From an uncultured archaeon (GTDB lineage: Archaea; Iainarchaeota; Iainarchaeia; Iainarchaeales; CSSED10-239), in NCBI GenBank assembly GCA_964496765.1, contig CAZCAP010000006.1, forward strand, positions 1 through 32,000: DNA of 32,000 nucleotides, written 5' to 3'. The notes under the pieces are model-generated. The model was not told the origin of the DNA and searched no databases. It worked only from the letters and a program-made list of their open reading frames with translations. Each line of letters begins with the position of its first letter. Positions within the stretch are counted from its first letter, which is position 1. Shown here piece by piece: positions 26,357-32,000 of this stretch. A program made the translations under genes and the position numbers.

Positions 26357-27094
26357 TTAATACAGTTCAGAAAAATTAGTTAACATGGTTGTGTTAAGTC
26401 TACCCTCAATTCCATTCATCGAATCAGATATACTTATATTAATATCATTAATCTGAGAATTAACATTATCAAATTGAGTAGTTACGTTATTGAATTCATT
26501 CATGATATTATTATCAATATAATTTTGCACATCATACACTCTTGCATCAACTGAGCTTATTCTTTCAGTTAGATTATTATCCAAATCATCTAATCTCTGC
26601 ACAAGTGCAACGTACTGTTCTCTCTGGGATCTTGAAACTTCAACAATTAAATTAAGTCCTGTTGAAACGTGGAATGAAGATGAAATTTGCAATACCCTTG
26701 GGGTTCCATTTCTAATTACTGTACACTTTACTGCTTCTTCATACACTCCTTCATATTCAGGAGTAATGAATGAAACATAATAGTTCCCAGGAACTGTGGT
26801 TGGACCCATTTCCCTATCCACAAAGAAGAAAGATTTATCAGGGTATAGTAAGGATACAATACAATTTGCATCAGTTATTGATATTCCTTTGGCATCCTGT
26901 AGCCTAACAATAATCTGACCCTGTTCATTACTTATGTATTCAGTTCCAGATACCATCATAAGATCTGATGCTACTCCCCTTCCTTTAAAGTAAAATATAA
27001 GAAAGATGCCTATTGCAAGAAGAACAACTATACCTATTACTAGGTATATTCTTTTTCTATTTCTACTTTCATGCATATGCTGTCTAAACATCAT
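26357..27094 (-). CDS. N-anchored surface protein, paralog A (beta-sandwich-like domain plus short Asn-rich helical repeat tail)
   Basis: TM IYLVIGIVVLLAIGIFLIFYF. The domain TEY..IVRLQD..G...C.V.LLYPDKSFF.VD...PGNYY...G.YEE.VKC...SSFH is homologous to 28647-29144. The tail LDNNLTERISSVDARVYDVQNYIDNN... resembles the 55-aa repeats. Confidence 0.7.
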   Translation of the reverse strand: MMFRQHMHESRNRKRIYLVIGIVVLLAIGIFLIFYFKGRGVASDLMMVSGTEYISNEQGQIIVRLQDAKGISITDANCIVSLLYPDKSFFFVDREMGPTTVPGNYYVSFITPEYEGVYEEAVKCTVIRNGTPRVLQISSSFHVSTGLNLIVEVSRSQREQYVALVQRLDDLDNNLTERISSVDARVYDVQNYIDNNIMNEFNNVTTQFDNVNSQINDINISISDSMNGIEGRLNTTMLTNFSELY

Positions 27095-27139
27095 ATTATT
27101 ATTTCAACTCAGAGATTATGACTATATTATATAGTTAAT

Positions 27140-27190
27140 ATATAAAAACAAAAAGTATAAAAAACCAGGGGATTTCAATTTATCCCCCTG
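27140..27190 (-). terminator. Hairpin plus oligo-T terminator after the repeat-protein gene
   Basis: On the minus strand, CAGGGG(G)AU..loop..AUCCCCUG (27166-27190) is the only GC-rich element in the spacer. It is followed immediately by GUUUUUUAUACUUUUUGUUUUUAU and begins 22 nt after the stop at 27213. Confidence 0.55.
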
Positions 27191-27212
27191 ATCTTCCATA
27201 AACCAAATTCAT

Positions 27213-28580
27213 TTATGATATTATTCTTACATCAATCTGGCTCTCTTGATTATCTAAAATATTGTGAGCTGTAGAATTAATGTCTGTTGTTTGTGCCTTA
27301 ATAATACCAATGTCTGTTAATAATGTATCAATTCTTGATGACACACTTCCTGAAAGGTATTCCCAGGTTGTTGTTGTTGTATTATCTATTTCATCAAGTC
27401 TTGCTACCTGTTCATCATGCATTACAACAGCAGCTGCTTTGATACTATATATTTCTTGACATAGAGCACTTGAGTCGGTCTCTGGGTTTGAACAAAACTG
27501 TTCAAGTAAAGTAATATTTCCATCAATGTTTTCAAATCTTTGGTCAATTGCTGCTCTATCTGTATCATTCATAGCATGTGTTGTTAACCATGTGGTATCA
27601 TCCTTAACACTCTGTACCTGAGTTGATAATTGATCAAGCATAGCGTTTAATTGAAGGTTAAGATCTCCAGCAACAAGTCCTATAATCATATCTGATAAAG
27701 AAGCATTAACATCTGCTAAATCAGATTTAATTTCCTGTCCTGTTATAACAACCTGTCCATTAACACTAACTTCTAAACTATCAAGTCTTGCACTTAGGAA
27801 ATTATTTGAATCTAAGAATTTCTGTGCAATTAAAGCATTTGTGTTATTAAATTGGTTTGTTATTTGGCTTGATAAACTTACGTTCAATGAATCTAAAATT
27901 CCTGTTAGGTTTGTATTAACATTTGCTAAATTTGTGTTTATCTCGTCACCAGTATCTTGAACCTTAGCATTCAAACTTACATTCACATTTTCAAGTTGAG
28001 CAGAAAGCTCAGCAAACTTGGTTGTCATTTGTGTTGCAAGGTTTGTGTTTACTGTGTTCAATAGATTTGTTAAAGATGTATCAACATTTGTTAAGTGAGC
28101 ATTTATTGAATCACCTGTTGCTTCCATCTTACCATCTAAACTTAAGTTAATGTCCTGTAAATTATTTCCAAGAGTCTCAAATTCAGAACCCATTTGGTTT
28201 GAAAGGTTTGTATTTACTGTGTTTAGGATACTTGTCATTGATGCATTTACATCACTTAGGTTTGTGGTTATTATTTGTCCAGTTTCAGCAACCTTAGCCA
28301 TGATTGTTAAGTTAACATCATTTAGTTGTGCTGTTGATGCATTAAATTCGCTTAACATCTGACCAGATAAGCTAGTATTAACAGAATTTAATAAACTTGT
28401 TAATGATGTATTAGATGTGCTTATACTTGTTTGTAATTCCTGTCCTGTGGTTACAACAGTTCCAGTAATACTTACATTAACAGCATCTAGTTGAGTTCCA
28501 AGTGTATTAATTCCTTCATTTAATTGGTTTGTTACACCTGCATTAACATCTGTTATTAAATCATTTAAGTTTGTATTCAT
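27213..28580 (-). CDS. Asn/Thr/Ser-rich tandem-repeat fibrous protein (probably the C-terminal part of one gene with 28647-29144)
   Basis: 455-aa ORF with no signal or TM segment. Exact 55-aa repeats and about 18 N-x-S/T sequons by my count. It is in frame with the upstream ORF across a single TAA. Confidence 0.7.
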   Translation of the reverse strand: MNTNLNDLITDVNAGVTNQLNEGINTLGTQLDAVNVSITGTVVTTGQELQTSISTSNTSLTSLLNSVNTSLSGQMLSEFNASTAQLNDVNLTIMAKVAETGQIITTNLSDVNASMTSILNTVNTNLSNQMGSEFETLGNNLQDINLSLDGKMEATGDSINAHLTNVDTSLTNLLNTVNTNLATQMTTKFAELSAQLENVNVSLNAKVQDTGDEINTNLANVNTNLTGILDSLNVSLSSQITNQFNNTNALIAQKFLDSNNFLSARLDSLEVSVNGQVVITGQEIKSDLADVNASLSDMIIGLVAGDLNLQLNAMLDQLSTQVQSVKDDTTWLTTHAMNDTDRAAIDQRFENIDGNITLLEQFCSNPETDSSALCQEIYSIKAAAVVMHDEQVARLDEIDNTTTTTWEYLSGSVSSRIDTLLTDIGIIKAQTTDINSTAHNILDNQESQIDVRIIS

Positions 28581-28646
28581 ATTTGAGATATTAGTTGTTA
28601 ATATTTCGTTTGTGTCTGCAATCTGTGCACTTAAAGAAACATTTAC
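27612..28646 (-). repeat. Six tandem 165-nt (55-codon) coding repeats
   Basis: Units start VNVSLSAQIA, VNVSITGTVV, VNLTIMAKVA, INLSLDGKME, VNVSLNAKVQ and LEVSVNGQVV. The first five starts are exactly 55 residues apart; unit 5 carries a 15-residue insertion, so the sixth start follows 70 residues later. At nucleotide level, AAGGTTTGT(G/A)TTTACTGTGTT recurs at 28038 and 28203, a 165-nt offset. Unit 1 starts immediately after the TAA at 28647-28649 and spans the annotated ATG. Confidence 0.85.
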
Positions 28647-29144
28647 TTATCCAAGGTTTGCATCAAGTGCATCTACCTTTTCAGTAACTATTCTTACCTG
28701 CTCAAGAGCTGGGTTTAAGTGGAATGATTGAGATGTTTTAATTGTTTGTGTTCCCTTAAGACAGGTTACTTCCTGTTCATAGGTTCCAAGCGGAGCACCA
28801 GCAAGTGAATCTGTTCTATACCAGTTTCCTGGGATATTTGATAAAGCTAGTGGCTGATCATCAACAAATGTACTCTTATCCGGTTTTAGGATAGTTACGT
28901 TACATGAGTCAACTGCATAGGGGTCTCCTCTAAAATCAGCAAGTCTTACTATTGTTGAGGCAACGTCATCTCTCCAATATTCAGTGTGGGATACCCAACT
29001 GACTACTGGTTCATTAACTGTTTGCTTACCATCAGTGTATGCAAATGCAAAGAATGCAATTACAACTATCACAATGGTTGAAACAATACCCCATCTAATA
29101 AGCTTTTTTTTCTTATTTGTATATTTTGGATTTAAATCTTCCAT
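28647..29144 (-). CDS. N-anchored surface protein, paralog B N-terminal part (TM plus beta-sandwich-like domain), ending at an in-frame TAA
   Basis: AAGGTGA lies 5 nt upstream of the ATG. TM IVSTIVIVVIAFFAFAY. The domain TEYWRDDVASTIVRLADFRGDPYAVDSCNVTILKPDKSTFVDD...PGNWY...GTYEQEVTCLK...SQSFH is homologous to paralog A. Confidence 0.75.
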   Translation of the reverse strand: MEDLNPKYTNKKKKLIRWGIVSTIVIVVIAFFAFAYTDGKQTVNEPVVSWVSHTEYWRDDVASTIVRLADFRGDPYAVDSCNVTILKPDKSTFVDDQPLALSNIPGNWYRTDSLAGAPLGTYEQEVTCLKGTQTIKTSQSFHLNPALEQVRIVTEKVDALDANLG

Positions 29145-29417
29145 ATCTTCACCTTATTTCACAATTTTTTTTTAAAAATATAACTACTATTCTGATGCCC
29201 TAAATCAATAGACTTTAGGCTAATAGCTTACTATATGTTGGCTATAATGATTATAAACCTATTTGTTTAGAAAATTAAAGAAAATCAATGATTTTGGTAA
29301 GATTATTAACCATTAACTGTGAACAATTACCTTCAAAACACACTTGTTTACTAGGATAATAAGCTTATTTTAACCCAACTAAGTTAAGTAGGTAATTTTG
29401 ATTGGATTTCATATGAA

Positions 29418-30038
29418 TTATTTATTTAAAATAAGTATAAACTTTTTTTTTTTAATAGATGCTTCATTATAAATAAATTTGCGTACATTAAAATCGCATC
29501 TCTCAAATGCAGATGCAACAACATCAAAAACTAATTCATTTCCTGGATAAAATTGAATTGCAAAAGCTCCTTTCTCTGATAAGAGATTAAACACATCTTT
29601 TCCTATTTTTTTTATTATATTTTTTATTTCCAGTTCTTTCTTATTTGAAATTACCCATTGAAGAGAAGAAACAGAAATAATTAAATCAAAAGAGTTTTTT
29701 TGAAAAGCCAAGGCCCCTAAATCCAAAAACCCACCAACTTTCACATTTAATTTTTTTCTTTTTGCAATGTTTATCATTTCTATTGCTGGATCAATTCCCA
29801 CCACATTCTTATATCCTAAAGATTTAAGATAACTAATAGAAAAACCAGTTCCACATCCAATATCTAGTATCCTATCCTTATTACTAATATGAGCTTTAGA
29901 AAGAGAAAGAAGAATAGATGTTAATTCCTCTTGAGTTTTTTTCATTCCTGAAGAAAGATCATATCTTTCTGCTTCTTTTTTTATATAAAAATCATTTGGA
30001 TTTTCATATTCCTCTTCAGGAGTAATCTTTTTAGTCAT
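29418..30038 (-). CDS. Class I SAM-dependent methyltransferase, Bud23/WBSCR22-like
   Basis: Motif I ILDIGCGTGFS. Family-specific strings as I recall them from yeast Bud23: N-terminal FY.KKEAERY, ISVSSLQWV (compare ISISAIQWL), AIQFYPGN (compare VAQFYPKN), C-terminal KKKKFILIL (compare KNKKYYLVL). Confidence 0.75.
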   Translation of the reverse strand: MTKKITPEEEYENPNDFYIKKEAERYDLSSGMKKTQEELTSILLSLSKAHISNKDRILDIGCGTGFSISYLKSLGYKNVVGIDPAIEMINIAKRKKLNVKVGGFLDLGALAFQKNSFDLIISVSSLQWVISNKKELEIKNIIKKIGKDVFNLLSEKGAFAIQFYPGNELVFDVVASAFERCDFNVRKFIYNEASIKKKKFILILNK

Positions 30039-30042
30039 GTAT

Positions 30043-30654
30043 TTATTTTCCTTTCTTTTCCTTTAAATACAAATTATAAATTATTCCTACAGAGACTAAA
30101 CAAAATACTTCTACAATTACAAAAGTTAATGAAAAACCAATTATTGATGCAAGAACTGCACCCACTAGCCCAGCAATTCCTATTCCGAAACTAACAAATG
30201 TTGAATAAACAGACCACTGAAAGCCCTCTCTTCTCTTATCAAGATTTCTTGTCCAAATACTTGTCCAAACAGGATATTCAATTCCTGAACCTATTCCAAA
30301 AATAAATTCAGCTAGATATATCCAATAAATATTATTTGCAAAAATATAAATTAATGGAGCAATTGAAATTATCATGGTTCCAATAAGTAACCATTTCATT
30401 TTTTTCTTTTGCTTATCAACAAACCTAGAAAAAGGAAGTTGAATAATACACTTAGTTATAAGAAATATTGCACTTGCAATTCCTGCTGAAAGAATGCTTC
30501 CCCCAACAAGATTATCCTTTAGAAAAATAGCAAAGATTGGGGCAACCAACCCAAACCCAGTACCAACAATCAGATCAATAAAAAGTAAATGCCATAAAGT
30601 TTTATTAAGTATTCTATTAAACTTTAGGTCATTAAGTAATTTCATATAATCCAA
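30043..30654 (-). CDS. Half-size (6-TM) MFS-like membrane protein
   Basis: About 200 aa with six hydrophobic segments and a loop SRFVDKQKKKMKW resembling MFS motif A. The start is either TTG at 30654 or ATG at 30645. Confidence 0.55.
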   Translation of the reverse strand: MDYMKLLNDLKFNRILNKTLWHLLFIDLIVGTGFGLVAPIFAIFLKDNLVGGSILSAGIASAIFLITKCIIQLPFSRFVDKQKKKMKWLLIGTMIISIAPLIYIFANNIYWIYLAEFIFGIGSGIEYPVWTSIWTRNLDKRREGFQWSVYSTFVSFGIGIAGLVGAVLASIIGFSLTFVIVEVFCLVSVGIIYNLYLKEKKGK

Positions 30655-30656
30655 TT

Positions 30657-31748
30657 TTATTTTTTAGTTATTATTGTTTGAGTAGGGTATGCAAAATTAA
30701 TTTTTTCTTTTTCAAATTGTTTTTTTATCTCAAAATTAACCTTATCCTTAATTGCAAGATACTTTCCATAGTCCATTTCTGCCACATAGTAGATAACTTC
30801 TATATCTAATGAATAATCATTGAACTTATCAAAGGTAATATATTGAGTATCTGTAACCTTTGTTGTTTTCTTTAGGATATCTTTAATTATTTGCTTTGAT
30901 TTTTCAAGTTTTGCTGTAGAGGTATCATAAACAAGCCCTAATCTCATAACAACTCTTCTAATGTTTCTTGCGGTGTAATTTTCTATTGCCTGCATAGATA
31001 GCTTACTGTTAGGAACAACAATTAGCGTGTTATCAAATGTTCTAATTCTTGTGGATCTAATTCCGATTTCTTCAACAGTTCCATTAACTTCAGTTGTTTT
31101 AACTAGATCTCCAACCTTGAAAGGTTTTTCAGAAAAAATCATGATTCCAGATATGAAATTCTCAAGCATATCCCTTGCTGCAAATGCAATTGCAATACCA
31201 CCAATTCCTAGTCCAGCAATTAAAACACTTATATTGTATCCAAAGTTAGCAAGAATAATCAAGATTGCAAAAATAAATATAATAATTTTGGTTAATGTTT
31301 TTAATAGAGGGATTATTTGATCATCATATTTACTATCTGTTTTTGCAGTATATACTTCAATATATTCTTTAATTAATCCCAATATAAATTTAATTACAAA
31401 TAGAGATATGCCTAAAACATAAATTACAAAAGATAATTTTGTAACCACATTTTTTAAGCCGTCAGATACTATTAAATAACGAAATCCAATATTGAAAAAG
31501 ATAGTAACTACAATTAATTGAAATGGTCTTGGTCTCTCAAGAATTGAAACAATTATATCATCAAGTTTATTTTTTGTTTTTTTAGCAAGACTTAATAAAA
31601 TGTGTTTAGTTACCCAAACAATAACTTTGGTTGAAATGAAACCAATAATTATCATTACAATAAAAAAAAGATATTGCTTTAATGTGTTCCCAAAAATTGG
31701 AGAACTTAGTGTAATTAATCCAGTAACTAACGAGCTCATAATTATCAT
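30657..31748 (-). CDS. Mechanosensitive ion channel (MscS family)
   Basis: FAARDMLENFISGIMIFSEKPFKVGDLVKTTEVNGTVEEIGIRSTRIRTFDNTLIVVPNSKL is the MscS TM3/beta-domain signature. Start set at the first ATG (31748; 31739 also possible); the track start at 31823 is a TTG. Confidence 0.85.
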   Translation of the reverse strand: MIIMSSLVTGLITLSSPIFGNTLKQYLFFIVMIIIGFISTKVIVWVTKHILLSLAKKTKNKLDDIIVSILERPRPFQLIVVTIFFNIGFRYLIVSDGLKNVVTKLSFVIYVLGISLFVIKFILGLIKEYIEVYTAKTDSKYDDQIIPLLKTLTKIIIFIFAILIILANFGYNISVLIAGLGIGGIAIAFAARDMLENFISGIMIFSEKPFKVGDLVKTTEVNGTVEEIGIRSTRIRTFDNTLIVVPNSKLSMQAIENYTARNIRRVVMRLGLVYDTSTAKLEKSKQIIKDILKKTTKVTDTQYITFDKFNDYSLDIEVIYYVAEMDYGKYLAIKDKVNFEIKKQFEKEKINFAYPTQTIITKK

Positions 31749-31873
31749 CCAAAAATCAAATATTTTAACGATATAAATCAATTTATAAATAATTTGATAT
31801 ATATTATATATTATATATTCCAAAAAATATTTAAAGTCTTCTTTTAAAAATAAAAAAATAATAGTGATATAAT

Positions 31874-32000
31874 ATGGTCTTTCAAAACGTTGTTGAACTC
31901 AAAGAAGTTTATAAAATCTATAAAATGGGAACTAATGAAGTTCATGCTCTTGATGGAGTAACTCTAACAATTAGAAAAGGGGAATTTGTTTCTATTATGG
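31874..32000 (+). CDS. ABC transporter ATP-binding protein (MacB/LolD-like), 5' partial
   Basis: Hand translation gives MVFQNVVELKEVYKIYKMGTNEVHALDGVTLTIRKGEFVSIMG, the standard N-terminus just before Walker A. The ORF runs off the window end. Confidence 0.8.
   Translation, partial: MVFQNVVELKEVYKIYKMGTNEVHALDGVTLTIRKGEFVSIM

Noticed and set aside
28647-28649. Genome-wide reassignment of TAA as a sense codon to explain the in-frame stop
   Set aside because: Most well-supported genes in the window (for example copA, leuS, the GTPase and copZ) terminate at TAA at the expected family length, and TGA is also used as a stop (213-215). Any readthrough would have to be local.
26357-29144. Class III (prepilin) signal peptides on the two anchored surface paralogs
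   Set aside because: The N-termini (…RNRKRIYLVIG… and …KKKKLIRWGIVST…) do not fit the pattern of a charged residue, G/A, then a hydrophobic stretch. In the second case a Trp rather than a charged residue precedes the Gly. They are treated as plain signal anchors.
29200-29222. Hairpin CCTAAA-N9-TTTAGG in the 273-nt spacer upstream of the surface-protein gene
   Set aside because: A 6-bp AT-rich stem is not distinguishable from chance, and no conserved boxes were found around it.
1-32000. CRISPR arrays, IS elements, integrases and prophage genes
   Set aside because: I scanned for regularly spaced direct repeats, terminal inverted repeats and transposase or integrase-like ORFs and found none. 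The only notable repeats are the rRNA processing arms, the 20-bp pair at 14057/14710 and the 165-nt coding repeats.

Overview
Visibly AT-rich archaeal chromosomal window. The archaeal call rests on an archaeal-type 23S rRNA, a canonical C/D-box sRNA, an archaeal-type LeuRS and a FlaI/PilB-class ATPase. Genes are small and tightly packed, often with AGGAG/GGTGA Shine-Dalgarno-like motifs; this fits a small-genome DPANN-like lineage, but that placement is inference only. Contents: two tRNAs (Met-CAU, Asp-GUC), one C/D-box sRNA, and a stand-alone 23S rRNA with a long flanking processing helix and no 16S or 5S nearby. There are about 35 CDS. Housekeeping genes include LeuRS, a YchF-type GTPase, an HhH-GPD glycosylase, a Bud23-like methyltransferase, DedA, MscS and the start of an ABC ATPase. 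A five-gene copper cluster runs regulator, CopZ, Met-rich membrane protein, cupredoxin-like protein, CopA. No CRISPR array, transposase or integrase was seen. The most unusual locus is 22890-29144 on the minus strand. It encodes a type-IV-filament-like ATPase with an N-terminal DmsB/HycB-type Fe-S module, a platform protein split into two small genes, and two paralogous N-anchored surface proteins with exact 55-residue tandem repeats rich in N-glycosylation sequons. One of these surface genes is interrupted by a single in-frame TAA exactly at the domain/repeat junction. Other notable points are listed below.
- The C/D sRNA guides match the 23S A-loop (U2552 equivalent) and the universal 16S decoding-centre sequence (C1402 equivalent).
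- Both tRNAs carry C instead of U at T-loop position 55.
- A 20-bp perfect direct repeat brackets one gene at the 3' end of the GTPase gene.
- The RpiA-fold protein has degenerate catalytic motifs.
- An enlarged UPF0175-like/PIN gene pair is present.
All functional calls come from motif recognition by eye; no database search was run.
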